A stretch of DNA of 64,000 nucleotides from assembly GCA_030265395.1 (NCBI GenBank), contig JARFYF010000057.1, forward strand, positions 16,836,055 through 16,900,054, in the 5' to 3' direction. Below are positions 25,425 to 40,302 of the stretch, one piece after another (the first letter of the stretch is position 1; every line of letters begins with the position of its first letter). The DNA is from Rhina ancylostomus (taxonomy: Eukaryota). Below the pieces are notes generated by a model that had not been told where the DNA came from, did no database searches, and saw only the letters and a program-made list of their open reading frames with translations. The position numbers and the translations under genes are program-made.

Positions 25425-25665
25425 TACAAACACCAGTTAACATGCACTTAAATTAACATAAATTGTACATAACTTACATGACAAAATAAACATTATTATA
25501 CCAGTGCAAGTTGACAGAGAGAAGATGAAATATAGACTGATTTAGTGTTAGGGTTTTTCAGGCTGGTTCAAGAACCTGATAACAATGGGGAAGAAACTGT
25601 TGTTGAACCCTGAGGTGTGGGTCTTCAGGCTCCTGTACCTCCTGCCTGATGGCAGCATCGAGAAG
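25425..25665 (-). mobile_element. Rex1/Babar LINE 3' end
   Basis: Minus strand reads FSMLPSGRRYRSLKTHTSGFNNSFFPIVIRFLNQPEKP*, the Rex1 C-terminal motif. Confidence 0.8.
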
Positions 25666-28600
25666 NNNNNNNNNNNNNNNNNNNNNNNNNNNNNNNNNNN
25701 NNNNNNNNNNNNNNNNNNNNNNNNNNNNNNNNNNNNNNNNNNNNNNNNNNNNNNNNNNNNNNNNNAGAAGAGGGCATAGCCAATAAAGATCTTTCAATCT
25801 CATATTTAAAAGTTGCAGATTAAAATTTGCAGTTGAATCTCTTAGTTGAAGAAGAAAAAAACCTCCAAGTTTCTTATCCAGAAGAGTTTCCCAACTTAAT
25901 TCCTGAAAAGCATGGCTCTAAATTTTAGACTATGCACCCAAGTCCTAGACTTCCCTAACCAATCTACATCTCTATCTATACTTCTGTCCTCTTAGCATTT
26001 GCAAATGATCAAATTCCAAAAGGGAATAAAGTCCTATTTATGTGTAATCTCAATTTATAATTTAACTTTTATAGTACAATACCACTCTGATAAAGCTAAA
26101 CCTCACTTCCTCAAAAGGCAATTTATCCTGCCTAAAAGAAGTGTATGCCTGGAAATTCAACTTTGAGATACCCTTTGATGAGTTGTTTTAAATTAATCCA
26201 AATGACCTGGACTAATTTGACATGGCATTTCTGGGCACTAGTCACCCATATCCCCAGTGGAACTACCATGTTGATCAGACCACCTTCAAGGACAAAATCG
26301 GTCTTTCCAGTGCACTACCAGACTGGGATCTTGTCAAGTAAATTATGCACATCAATAACTTATCTCCTCCCACACCCAAGCAATACATGACGAGCAATAC
26401 ACCCTCATCATCTGTGCCACCTTGTAACACCCCAAAGTCCCAATATCCATTATCACAAATGTACAGCTTGTCAGTTGCCTTTGAGTTAAAATTTGATTTG
26501 AATTGTTGGCACCACATTGCTAGTACCACCCAGACATAGGCTTTTGGGTGCACCAGAATTTTCTAGACGAAGGAATCTACCTAGACCAAGCAACAAAGTC
26601 CCATAGACATCCGAAGCAGTTATATCGTCAGCACAACCAAAGAAGTTCTGGTCATCTTAACAGACTCTTATTTGCCAGAAACAAGAATATTATCCCTCCT
26701 ACCAGTTCTCAATGCAAACCGCATATTTGTCTTAAGCACTCATTCACATCCTTCTGCTGTTGTTCATTTAATTAAGATCAGAGAGCTGTGTAGAATTTGG
26801 TTTTAGTGGATCTTTGGTCATCATGATAACAATTAAGATAGAAATCAGAAAAATTGCAAGAACTATGATTATTAGCCAGTTGATGAATATTGCCAAATTA
26901 CAAAATTGCAAAATAAGCAGCCATTGTGTGAAAAAAGAGAAAATATGATTTTATGATCATAAAGAGATTGGTCATGAGTTGTCATTTTTCTGTCAAATCA
27001 GAACAAAGCAACAAAGGGAAAATTATGAAATAATCCACTTATAATAAAAGAGAAATCACATTAGGTCCATCTGCAATGGAATTTACAGTCTGCTTAGAGT
27101 CCTGTGACTGCAAAGTTCAAGAATTCAGCAAAGGTCACATCACACCCATTATCATTTCACTTAGGGAGAAAAAAGTCAAGAGGTCTCCTGCAGGAGACCA
27201 CATGGATAGGACTGAAGAAACAGGAAGAGGACACAAACCCAGATAGACCAAAAAACAATTTTTCATGGATTTGGAATTGCAAGAATTACTAGATAACTTA
27301 CAAACAATGACCCCCCCCCCACCAAAAAAAAGTGCAACTCTCACCCAATATTTCACACATTTAAAGTGCAGGGCTTAGATGCAGTATTGCCAATGTTTCT
27401 TGGAGAATGACTATAAAACAAGGGGCAACTGCAAAGCGAGTTAAAGTAAGGAGAAAAGAAAGTAGAAAGGGTAAAAGAGAAAATTAGAAAATGAAAAAGG
27501 AATACAAAGATAAAAACAAATTAAGAAAACTTCCATTTATATATGGCTTTTAACTCCCTTTCACCATACTTCAAAATGCTTAAACCAATGAAGTATTTCT
27601 GATGCGTAGCAGCTGTTGCAATATAGAAAATAAGTTTGGACAAAACAACAAGTGCCACCCACCCCCCCAACCTAAACAGCAAATTGATAAAGACTAGATA
27701 TTAAGTTTAGGTAACACAGACTAGAGGACAAATATTGGCCAGTACGTCAGGGATAATAATCCTTGCTCTTCTTCAAAATGGTGCTAAGGGGTATTCTAGA
27801 CTCACCTGAGGGGACACATGGGATCCTGGATTAATATCTCATTTGAAAGATTCAACTACCCACAGTACTAGAATATCACATGAATTTTTGTGCTCAAGCA
27901 CCCAGAACAGAACTCACAATATCTGGTATCAGATATTGATAGTCTGACTGATCAGTCTGACTGATCTCAAAGTCACAGACGACATTAAAATAATACGTTA
28001 GTGCCAGTAAGATAATAAAGATATAAGGATAGGGAAGGAAAATGAAGTTAGTGTATAGATTCAGCCATAACTTTATTAAAGGGTGAAGCAGGCTCAAGGG
28101 ATGCTATAGACTATTCATGCTCAGATTTCTCATGTTCTGTACTCGACTCATGCATCTGCTTCCAATGATACACAAAAACCAGTCTTTGAAAACCGCCTTT
28201 GTACCAGTGAATTAATCTCTCATGAAAATTGACTAAATCAGTCAGTCCACACAAACGAAAATAAGCACTACTAAAATCAGGTTGGCAAATAAATCTATAA
28301 CTCTTCATCTACTTAATAAAGGTATTCATTAAACAAGCAAAAGAACATGTGCAATAAAACCAGAGGAGCTATGACCATTTCACATCCTCAGGCATGGTAG
28401 CTGGCACCCTCTTCACATGTACTAGCACCCATCCTTGTGGGTGAAGGAAGTGCAGAAAACTTGGTAGAGATTGCTGGCCAAGGCTATGGCCAATCAATTC
28501 TCTTATGGCTCATGAGAGAAAGTGATCCTGATAATGTATGTACTGGTATGTTTAATGAACTACCAATCAAAGAACATTTATGTTCGACTAACATTCAGTT

Positions 28601-31600
28601 CTATTTAACAAAGTGAACCAAGAGCATCAGCCTAAAATATTTGGTCATTTCTGGAGTTAAACCTGAACCCTTCTTCATCATCTTAGGTAGTCCTACTTGC
28701 TTCCAGTCCTGTTCTGAGAAGTGGAAGATGCCAGTGTATGAATTCTTTTAATATGAGATTGCTGTTGCTGGCTGAGCAATGTCTTGATCCAATGGCAAGG
28801 AGGCCCAAGGCCATTAAAACCATCACTTAATACACATACATACTATGTACATGTGGATACACAAAAAATTATGTAATACCTTCTCAAATCCTTGCCTCCC
28901 CACCCCTGCCACCTCACAGTCCCTGTCTACCCTGATCTCCTTTCTTCAGTCTTCCCACCCGTCAAGCTCAGCATCACCCTTCCCTCAGTCCATTCTACCC
29001 AAGCACTTTCTTTCACGGCTCTCTCAGTTCCCCCTATCTGCTCCAGCAGAGTCACCATGTGAGAGTGGGAGGACCCCACTCTGCTGCTGTCTTTACTCAA
29101 CATTTCCAGTGCCCTTGGACTCTGCACCTGTCTTCTATGTTCCTTCTAAAATTCCTGTTAAGTCTGTATGAAAGAGCTAGTATCAGAAACCTACAATACA
29201 GAATGAATGTGACATTCTGGGATGTATAAAAGAAAGTGCTTTATTTGTCATGAGTTACAAGTAAGCAGTTAGCAGAAAGCAGAATCCTACTCTGCTCATC
29301 AGATTTGGCCCTACCGAATGAACTAGACAAGAGTTCTACAACCTAAGCCACATGTGAATTAATTCAAAACTCAAAGAAATGCAAGATTTCAGTGCAATGA
29401 TACAAAATTTGAGAATATCAGGCATTTGGAGAAAACCTTAGCCTTGGAATCCAAAAAGTAGAGATAAAGCTTGATCTGTGTTTTATTTTCCAATTAGATT
29501 CAATTAACCTTCATCTAAGGTCACTCCATTTGGATAAATATTGCCTTTTATTACATAAAGTACACAACATAAAAAAGCAGTTGAAATTAATTACCTTTCT
29601 GTTGACACTTCATTTCAACCAATGCTGGTGTCCTTATTTAGCCATCAAGGGACAACTGTGCCAGGAAAGACATTCCGACAAACCCACAATACTAAAGGCA
29701 GATTAAGTCAGTAAAATGAAAATCTAAACATAAATCAGATTTGTCTGGATTCCCACAGGCATATAACCTAGTCACGAAGGTTGAACCTGGCTGGTTCATG
29801 AGTTACATGTTGGCCATCCTTGCCCTAAGTACAGCACATATCTGCAGGCACCAATATGCAAAATTTAAGAAAATCATCACTGAACTTTATTTTGCTTCAA
29901 ATCACAGAACCATAATGGCGCAGGATGGCAATCAACCTACTGAGTCTGCATTAGCCATTCTCCAGTTCTAGAAAAATATTTGTGTAAAGTGACTACCAAC
30001 CTAAATATTCCATCTTATTTTATGGAATATGGTAGAGGAGAAGAAAGCACTCAGCTTAAATTTTGGGACTCACTACCTTCACTGACCATTGTTCTTTTTG
30101 AATGTTTAATTTAGATACCAGTGTATCTATTTCAAATGCTTTCAGAGGAGAGGGAAACAAAATAAATACACATGCTCACTTTCTAGTTGTACAGATACCC
30201 ACAGAAGGGGGAAAAAAGTCTTCAGAATACTTTCTTCCCATTTAAAAAGAAACAATTGCAGCATGATCTAAGCTCAGAACACTGTATAGTCAAAGCATGG
30301 AGCTGGACAACATCAGTCAGGCTAAGTTACACAATAGAACCATGTAGGTAGCCCCAAATTACTAGTTTTTGCCAGGTAGTGTTTGGCTTCAATTTTAGTG
30401 GATTGACTATTAAGAAAACAACAACGAATCCAACTTAGTGAAGCTTGCACTTAATGGGTCTAAACTGAGATTGTGCTCATCTCTAGAGCGCATAAGACTA
30501 AGGTTAGACTTAATACAGGTATTCAAAATTAGACAGACTTTTGAAGTTGCAGATTAGGAGGGACCTTTCCAAAAGCAGGAAGGTCCAAAAGGATACAGAT
30601 TTAAGTGGCAAGAGAAACAGAAGGGAGAGAAGAAAGATTTAAGTGAGAGGACAAGAGAGAAGCAAGATTTTTTAAAAATTGCCGAGATTTATCATGATGT
30701 GAGATATACAAAAGGGCATTTGGAAGCAGATTTAATAGTAATTTTCTAAAATAGAATTGAAAGCTGAACTAAGTGGGAAAAAATTACAGCATGGGAAAAG
30801 GAACAGAGGAGTGAGAATAGTTCCTTTTAAGAACTAACCCAAGCAAAATGGGCCAAATTGCCTCCAGAACTATATCATTCTAAAAACTCAAACAGCAAAA
30901 CAATGCATTGGGTTTATTAGGATATTACTTAGGTACTACTCTCGGCAATGACAATGCTGCTTGTCTCTTTGGCTATTACAATCCTTAGTAATCTTTTGAA
31001 GAAGTTCAGGAATAACCAGTATTTTTTGTTACATTCGTGAGGCTCTGTTAAGGTGCACCTTTTACTCAATTCAATTTCAGAGCCAATGCTGAAATCCATG
31101 TTAACTCCCAAGCCAATCGCTGAGCATTTTTCTTTGGCACATGTGGAAAAGGAAATTTAGTTAAACAAAGCTGTCAAAAAGAATGCAGTCATCCAGCTGC
31201 TGTTGGCAGTTGACCAAAGCCTGTATCGTACACTGAATAATCTGTCAAAATAAAAAAAGTACACAATGAGCATGCTTCCCCTCTGCGACGTAACTAGGTA
31301 AGCAATGGGAGCTCCTGCACAACAGGCTGCTGTTACTTATGAAGTAATATGAGTGCATCCAAGTATTGCATTACTTCATCACATAGCTGCTGAGAGGATA
31401 AGGTACCCCTGGCCATCCGATATTTGTGTCTGGATGTGTTTTGGTGAGGAGCTTAGGGAGCAAGCCATTCAGAAACTTTATGACCGAATTCTGCCTTGTA
31501 CATCCACTGCCTGCAAAATGGGGATGAGAGGAAAGCTAGCCCATGGTTTTTTTTAAAACTCACCACATAGTAAGGCTATATATGCGCTTTTATTCACTCC

Positions 31601-32250
31601 TCTCCTTAAGTAATAACCGAATTTCTTTACACCTAGTCAAATAGAAAATTTTGTCCATTCACTAGAGCTTTTCCAAGTTTGGATACAAACATTATCCTGC
31701 TGTTCATTTAAATAAATAGCCATGTGGACCCAACAATACTAGCAGAACAAATGTCAGCATCTCCATCCAGAAAACACAAGAGCTCACATTCCAGCCTTTT
31801 GAAATAGTAGACTTCTGTTGGTCAAGATCCATCAGTGTCCCAGCCAGACCACCTAATATGCACAAGCAGCAAGCAACAGCACAGCCCTCTACCCAGATGA
31901 GTAAATAGTCCAGATTAAACCCACAACATTTGTTACTTGAATGCACCAAATGTGAGAATCCNNNNNNNNNNNNNNNNNNNNNNNGATTAGCAAGCAATTT
32001 ATTTGTTTAAACAATTTGCTCAGGTGGAGATTCTGACTAACAAAGGATGGGACAAATTACTCCAGCAATGTATTGGAGATGAGATGTCTGATCTCCAAAA
32101 ACCATAGCTATCTACTTTTGTGTTAGGTATGATGCAAGGCAGTGGAGAGCTTTGTCCCTAGTTTAGGCCTAATACAATGTGATCTTGCAGACATAAGTCA
32201 TTATGTGGTGCAAAAGCACTCTACTCAAAAAGCTACTTTAGGATTTTTTT

Positions 32251-32273
32251 TATATATATATATATATATATAT
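32251..32273. repeat. (TA)n microsatellite
   Basis: About 11 TA units after a T run. Confidence 0.9.
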
Positions 32274-33229
32274 TTACAGAAGCATGCAACTGGCAACTAA
32301 TTTAGGTAGGTGGCAGAAGAATCAGGGACAGTTGAGGGGGATTTGTCAGGCAAATGGGATTGGGGTAGATGGGTGCCTGATGGTTGGAACAGGTGTGTAG
32401 GCCATAGATTGTTTTCTTGCTGTACAACACTGTGACTCTGTGCCATTGGTAGTCAGTTACTCATCTCAACAACTTCATTCATCCTGTTCCAAAAGGAACC
32501 TTAACACAAAGAAAGGAAGCTCATTCAATGAACTTTTAATCAGCCTTTGTGAGGGCTTGAAAGTAAATTGGCGCCAAACCCACTCTCTCACTGCTTTTAA
32601 AGCCTTGAATTGCCTGAAATTCCAGTTGGAAAGTTCCCAAAGAAAATGTAACTTTAAAATCTGCGTCCAATATCACTTCCTATTTTGCTGTGAAAGTAAT
32701 TAAAATACACAAGGGAAAAAGAAATAGGTGGCAATTCAGAAGTTTACATTATTAAATCGTGTCAACCCAGTCATATCAGTTATGGCACAACAATGAAATT
32801 CAACTCAGAAACAATGATACAAATACAACGCATTGTTCATTCAATAATCCTGAAACACATATATAATAACTTGCATTTAAATGCCGTACTTTAAACTTCA
32901 TGACATTCCTAAAACCTTGCATGCCAAAATACTACAATTGAAGCCCAGTTCCTGCAAAAATACCAGCAAACAGAGCTGCCAAAGTGATCTCATAAACAGT
33001 AACAAAATGAGGTAGAAATATTGCTCAGGATCATGAATTAGGATGCAATTTTTCACCTGAGAAGACAGATGGGGCCATGGTTAAAATCTCATCTGCAAGA
33101 TGATTCTTCCCTTGAATGCGGCCCTCCTTTGGTACTACTCTAAAAATATGGACTACATTACCTGTTCAAGTCACTTGAGGATCAACATTTGACTCCCATC
33201 TTTCTAGTCAGGGCCAAAGGGTGACCCTA

Positions 33230-35340
33230 AGCCAGGGGTGAGAGTAGCAAGAGCTCCCCAATCATGATGACAGAGTATCTATGAAACAATGCTCTCCAGA
33301 TCTAGATTAGCAGCTCTGGAGTGACTAATGGAAGGTAAAGTGTTGGAAGATAGCTGGGCTAAGGGTAACCCCCTGAGGAATTCACACAGCCATGTCCTGC
33401 AGGCTATTCATCTCAGCAACAATAACCACAAGCATCTTTCTTTATGCTAGGTATTACATCAGCGGGTGAAATTCCTTCCTAGTTCCCACTGACTTCAGTT
33501 TTACTAGCTCTCTATCTTGCCACATACTGTCAATTTATTCATTTTTTGGGGATCTGCAAAATACTAGCAAGGCCAACATTATTGCTCATCTCTTTATGCC
33601 CCTGAGAATATGATGGTGAGCCACTTTCTTGAACAACTATATTCACTTTAGTGAAGTTACTCTCGCAAAATGTTGGTAAGGAGATTTAGAATTTAGGTAC
33701 AATGACAATGAAGGACCAGCAATACATTTCCATGTCAGGAAGATGTGCATTTTAGAGGGGACCTGTAGGAGGAAGTGTTCATGCACCTGTTGCTATAAAA
33801 GAGCAAGTAATCTGGGCAAGTAACAGTGCACTTACACTGTAGCCTCTGCAATCAGTGGTGGAGAAAATGATTCTTCTGGGGAATGATCTGCAATGCTAAT
33901 GCTACTGAATGTTAAGGGTAGGTGTTTAGAGATAGTCATGGGCTGGCATTTCCATAGCACGAACGTTACTTGCCACTTATCAGTCCAGAGAGTTGAGCAT
34001 AAAAATCTAGGCTGACGGTTCTGTAGGAGTGTTGTATTGTTAGAGGTGCTATGTTTTGAATAAGATGTTAACTCAAGGCCAGATCGCTCTCCCAGATGGA
34101 GGCAAAAGATCCAATCACATTTATTTCAAAGGAGGATTTAAGTCCAGAGTTTTAGACAATATTTACCTCTCAATTAATCTTTTTGAAGTATATTATTGGA
34201 TCATCATCAAACTGCTGTTTATGGACACTTGCTGTGCACTTGTATAACCTATAGAACTGAATGCATGGAACGGATTAAACTGGCTGCCCTTAGGACTTGG
34301 AAGAATCAGACATGGACCTACCATCCAGTAACTCTACCTGCCACGTGCTTGCAAATGTTTCATTTGCTCTTATTAGTAGGCTTCATCAACAGAGGATAGG
34401 GAATCCTCCATCACCCATCAAATTGTTCACCACCAATCACTTTTGGATGTGGCAAAGCTGCAGACATTTGAACTGATCAATCATTTGTCTATAGTGAATT
34501 GTTTCCATTATTTATTAAGCATGTGTTATAGCTTCACCAGAATGGCACCTCATTTTTGATGTGCTCTTCTTGACTCCACATTGAACCTGGGTTATTCTTA
34601 ATTTCCAAGAACTGTGTCAAGGTTACTCTAACAATGTGGCAATGGACAGATGAATATGCAACAGGTAGATCCACCAGGACTAGAGCAAGTACAATTTTTC
34701 TTCATCTCAGCATCTATTGAAGACCCAGTCTGCCCATTTGTCTTTTCAGAAATCAGATAGTTAGGTTAGTAGTGGTGCTATTGAAGTACTCTTCTAATAG
34801 GCATTGAAGCTCCCCCACCATTCAAGATACATTGTGCAGCATTGTTACCTTCACTGCTTCTTCCAAGTGGTATTCAGCATGGAAGAGAATCAATTTCTAC
34901 ATCACCATTTGCAGCTTGCCTTTTCTTGAACTGATAGCATGAGACGTTGTAGTGTACAGAGTCAATGTGGAGAATAACAGGCCTACTCCCTCTCACTGGA
35001 GACTGATGTGACACCACCTCTATTATTGATGGCATATAGGACAATAAGAAATGGTAATGGTAGAATGTGTAATGTTGACTAAAAGATACGGATCTGTTGA
35101 GAATGCTGATGCCCAGGCTGTTGCTCAACTAGTCTCAGTTTTTCCAAGTTTGGCACTGTATAAATATCGATGATGAGAATTTTGCAGGGTTAAGTATCCC
35201 TTTATCACATCCAAATCTAGTGCCTGGGTTGATGCTAGGTGGTCAGTTTGGTATCTCTTGGTAACTTTGAGACAACTGAGTGGCTTGCTAGCGTATTTTA
35301 GAGGGCAGAGTAGAGTTAACTTTTCATGCTTCATAGCTGT
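33230..35340 (-). mobile_element. Fragmented LINE (CR1/L2 group) with nested SINE/LINE-tail insertions at ~33530-33850 and ~33990-34260
   Basis: Minus-strand IPQGVTLSP near 33355-33382 (RT motif GVPQGSxLGP) and long degenerate LINE-like sequence. Confidence 0.55.
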
Positions 35341-35984
35341 TAAAGTGGTTAAGTAAGGACAGAAGCTTTTAAAAAACTATTCTTGCCAAACTAAAATCTT
35401 ACACAATTTCAACACTATGCAGGATTTAGACACTCCAACTCAAACTGTTAATATGCACTTACAATAGGCTTGTAGTCCAGTTACCCTGTTACCACTATAC
35501 TATCTGGAACACTACTTTTCCAATATCAGCACCTGTCTATCACATCTAGTTATTCTGGGTCTCGCATGTGCTGCCATTATAAATCACTGAGTCATGCCAT
35601 CTGACCAACTGGGAACAGCAGGCTTGATATTGCACCAGTTTTCCAACACAGATATGCTGTTCTCAGACTTTCCACATGCCCTGAACAGACACAGCTTTAT
35701 ATTCAGTTTTATTTAAGATAAAGTATGAAAAACAATTAAGTGTGGCTTAATTTGGCTACAAACATGCAAGGACATATTGCTTACTTAGCACACAAACACT
35801 GGCTAAATGTGGTAGCCAAATCCAAATCATCAACTCACTACAAAGACAAGTACACTTCCCTACTCTTTTCAGGCCAATAAATGTTCAGAAAGCAACACTA
35901 CCTCACTGTACTTCAATACCAAATGCATTGATTTGCAAAAATTTTTTTTAGAAAAAGTAAGTGCCTAAGAATGGCTAACAAGAA

Positions 35985-36118
35985 AGGGCATAATTTTAAG
36001 GTGATTGGAGGAAGATACAAGGGGAATGTCAGGGGTAAGTTTTTTTTAAAAAAAGAGAGTGGTGGGTGTGTGGAACGCAGTGCCTGCAGAGGTTGTAGGG
36101 GCAGATACATTAGGGACA
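35985..36118 (+). mobile_element. CR1 3' region ending in a gap. Its expected tail occurs reversed at 36582-36616.
   Basis: Closely similar to part of 12205-12484. tagaacatagaacattacagcacagtacaggcc is the reverse complement of that family's tail. Confidence 0.75.
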
Positions 36119-36218
36119 NNNNNNNNNNNNNNNNNNNNNNNNNNNNNNNNNNNNNNNNNNNNNNNNNNNNNNNNNNNNNNNNNNNNNNNNNNNNNNNNNN
36201 NNNNNNNNNNNNNNNNNN

Positions 36219-36738
36219 ATTTTCTTCTTCACAATCGAATAAGTGCCGCAGGACTTCACAAAACAAATCTTATTTTATTCCCAGGCTTGTGAATAATTTT
36301 TGCAGAAATAATGGTTTAGGTTAGTTAAATGTATTGTACAGAATTTGTAGTATCCAAGTCCCCCTCGTGCTCAGTCTTGAGGTGTTAAGAGTGAAGGCTT
36401 GCCTACCTCTTATTTGTTATCCTGTGCTTATATTTGGCCTGTTACCAAATATTTCCAACACTGAAGTAGGCCATTCAGTCGAACAGATCCATGCTCTAAA
36501 GTTGGCTGCTCGCATCCTCATCCAGCCATGAAGTATGTTTTGGGAACTTACAGTAGCAGACTTTGGAAAGAGGAATCAAATTTAGAACATAGAACATTAC
36601 AGCACAGTACAGGCCTAAACAGTACAGGCCTACAGACCTAAACCATTATTTCTGCAAAAATTATTTACAAGCCTGGGAATAAAATAAGATTTGTTTTGTG
36701 AAGTCCTGCGGCACTTATTCGATTGTGAAGAAGAAAAT
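36219..36738. repeat. 103-bp near-perfect inverted duplication (36219-36321 and 36636-36738)
   Basis: The arms are reverse complements with one visible mismatch. The left arm abuts a 100-N gap. Confidence 0.9.
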
Positions 36739-38761
36739 TTAAGCTTTTTTTTTAAATGGAAATGGAGAGGGCAGATTTGCATTGACACAGCATATTACTG
36801 CAGGTGCTGTAATTGTTTACATCCAACAAATAACTTTTACAAGTGCAGTCACTAGTGTAAATACATGAAAACAAAACTTATGCTGCAAAAATCCACAAAT
36901 AGCAATGAGCCAAGTGACCATTAAATATTTTCTTTCACGATAATGTTTGAAGGATAAAAGTTACATAAATCACAGGCCGAACTCCCCCATTATCTGGGCA
37001 AGTAACAAGGAAAAAATATTTGCAGGAAAAAGCATCAGCATTCACAGAATGGACATGTTTATTGCAGCAACAATGCAGAGATTGATAAGAATTTCCATTC
37101 AATACATCACTTTGGCTTCAGTTTCAATCAACCTATTTTGATAGAAACATCAAAAAGCCAGGAAGGTTATGCAGAGTGGGAGGTTGTTGGGGCAGGGGGC
37201 TTCATTTACAGGAGCAGGAGCTTCATATACAGACCATAGGCTACAAATGCAAACTTCAAATTGAACATCAAATAATGATTCAACTATTTTGCATAACTGT
37301 GATAAGGTTTAACCTTTGACAGCTGAATATTCGATAGCCAACATTACTCAACAAAAAGTGGTCATTAAATAACTACTCAATGTTTAGTCTGACAGAAAGC
37401 TGCAATCGCAACTGGTTATTGTCTTTGACGTGAACCCTCCTTTGAGCACAACTCTCACCATCCATTTCTTTAGATACTTGATGAAATCACCACTAAAACT
37501 TTTAAGTAGGTACCTGTTGAATATTCATTTAAAATGCAGAACAGTAATCACAATAAACGTAAATTAGAATGGACTGGAGCACACAACAAAACACACAGAG
37601 TCAAGGGATCTGCGTAAAACTATTCACCAAAAGCACAAAGATTGACCCATTTCAAGGTGACAAGACCTTGTTTGCCTAGGTGCCCCTCATTACGGAAAAG
37701 GATAATCACCCATTGCATCTGCTCTATGAAGCCATCGATGGTCCTATCTCAGATGTTCAAATCAGCAGCCGTAAACATCATTCATGTGGTTTATTGATAC
37801 CTGCAGTTTTAATAGTAGGAGCAGTGGCCACTCAAGAAAGTTGTCTCAGAGTTCTTAATTACCATGTCATTGTACCCCAGCATATCCAGTAAGAAGAGCA
37901 AGCTGAATTTAGAAAATCTGCAATTGGCTACTTCAGCAGGAATCACGCATTTTTCCTAGGAATTCAATTTCCTAGTTTTCCTAGGCAGCACAAGTTCTGA
38001 ACCTCTCAAGCCTCATCTAAATGATTAAGGACTAACTACTTAGATCAGAAATTACCAATATTTTATTATTTCACCAATGGCATATCCAAAGGCATAAAGC
38101 TAAATATTCCATTTTACGAATAAGGCTTTAAACAACATCCCAAGATCTCAAAAATTATTTAAAGTGCCAATATCCAAGCAAAAACAAACCTTTTTAATTT
38201 TTACAAATATATTTCATTCATAAAATTTGACATTAGATACAACAGTTCATTCATAGAGTCATAAGTTCATACAGCACAGAAACAGCCCCTTTGGTCCAAC
38301 TGGTCCATGTTGATCAGATTCCCATCAAGACAACAAAATCAAGGGGCACCAATACTTTGGGAGGGTAAAAGAGTTGGAGAAGATTACAGTTAGAAAGGTG
38401 CAGGACTTGGACGGAAAATTATAAGAACTTTAAAATGGAAGTATGATTATTTGAGAGCCACTGCTGGTCATCAAGCACAGCAGAGGGATAACTAGAACAT
38501 AAGCTAGGGTTGTTTCATCTTTACGGAGGGTAGAATGAGGGAACCTAGCTAAGAGTGCAATGGAATAGACAAGGGGCAAGTGAGGGTTTCACCAGCAGAA
38601 GGGAAAGCAGGCAATGTAACCAAAGTGGGAAGAGATGAACTCACCCATGATGATGATACATGTTGTCATTTTCAGTTACGTTACTTTCAAGCCACATTAT
38701 TCATTTCACACTACATCTGCATGATAGAAAATTTTCCTTTACATATATCCCTTGAGCAAAT

Positions 38762-38872
38762 ATTCTGAGGAGTATACAAAGGTCTCCGATCTAAAACATT
38801 AACTGTTTCTCTTTCTACAGATACTGCCTGACCTGTTAAGTGTTTCCAAAGTATTCTGTTTTTATTTCAGCT
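38762..38872 (+). mobile_element. Penelope-like terminal repeat remnant
   Basis: aaggtctccgatctaaaacattaactgtttctc...cagatactgcctgacctg is similar to 5400-5494. Confidence 0.55.
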
Positions 38873-38979
38873 TTTTATTTACCGAGAGGTTCACAGCGCA
38901 TCAGTGAAGGCTGCAACAAACTTCAATTGGTCACACCCAGCATGTAATCTTGGACCACAGAATGCATCATCCCATGACA

Positions 38980-39960
38980 TTCATTCATAGACAGCTCCTT
39001 GAATCGGAAGATTTTGCACAGACTAAAAGACATCTTTCACTGAACTCAATCTTCTGGCAGCAGGTGGTGTTTGTCTCAATGTTTCTCCTCAGGAACAGCC
39101 TGTAGATCAGGGTTCTGTGTTATATAGCTGTTCGGGTTGAACCTTGACAAAGACTACTGCAGCTCTTTCCAGATCTTCCTGGCAAGATGGATGACAGTCT
39201 CAAATGCACCACAGCCACCTCAAGAGCAGTGTATGGTTCTGCTGTGACTTGAGCTGTGCATGGAAGAGCTGACAATAAGCACTCTTCACACCCCAGCCAA
39301 ATAAGGTGTCACAATGTTGATCCAGAGCAAACTCACAGAGAACCCAAATGCGGCACACTGATTCAAGACTGGAGTCAGGATACTTCCTCAGGACAAACAC
39401 AGGCAGTAACTGGAAGGAATCTTGCCTCANNNNNNNNNNNNNNNNNNNNNNNNNNNNNNNNNNNNNNNNNNNNNNNNNNNNNNNNNNNNNNNNNNNNNNN
39501 NNNNNNNNNNNNNNNNNNNNNNNNNNNNNCCAGCATGGAATCCATGTGCTGGACAACAAGGCATTAATGGAGCCAAATTGAGGGCCAGAACTCAGAACCA
39601 TAACATAAGGTCATGAAGCTGATTTGAAAGTTCTGGTGATGAAGCATTCTGCCAAATGATTTTGACAATTTTCTTGGGAAACCAGCTGACAGAATCCACC
39701 ATCCACTATCCGCTTTTCCCATATGGTCTCAAGAACATTCTAAGCAGACTACTGCCTAAGTGATTTACATTCAAAGGTGTTCAGCACACGTTTTCTTTGA
39801 GAGACAGATGGTACAGCACAGTCCAGCTGAAAAGGACATACCAAGGCAACATGGCTATACATTAGAGACAGATAAAATCTTGGTGATAATCAACACTTGA
39901 CGCTTGCATGCGAAGGTTCCATGCAGAGTTTGATGCAGCCACACACAAAGGTAGTCAAAA
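38980..39960 (-). mobile_element. RTE-clade LINE remnant
   Basis: Tail-like cattcattcatag at the left end and degenerate endonuclease-like sequence on the minus strand. Confidence 0.5.
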
Positions 39961-40074
39961 GGATGAGGAGCATAATGGGCATATTTTTCTCAGGAAATTT
40001 GTACATTACATCTCAGTGGACATGGTTATTTTCAATCTCCAGATAAATGGGAAAATGCTACAGTGCAAGGACAA

Positions 40075-40302
40075 AAATGGAAAATGAAGGAAACACTCAC
40101 CAAGTCAGGTAACACCTATGGAATGAGAATCAGAGTTAACACTTCAGGTTAGAGACCCTACATCAGAACAGATAATCTTTCAGCAGCAGTTGATGTTCAT
40201 CTCTGTGTGTTTCCCTGGAATCAGCTCATAGAATGCAGAGTCTAATGTTATTTTACCACTGTTTTATTTTATTTCAGATTTCCAGCATCTGCAGTTTTTT
40301 GA
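40075..40302. mobile_element. Penelope-like terminal repeat remnants in inverted arrangement
   Basis: Minus-strand gttCTGATGTagggtctctaacctGAAGtgttaactc at ~40130-40170, then plus-strand ttcagatttccagcatctgcag at ~40273-40295. Confidence 0.55.
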
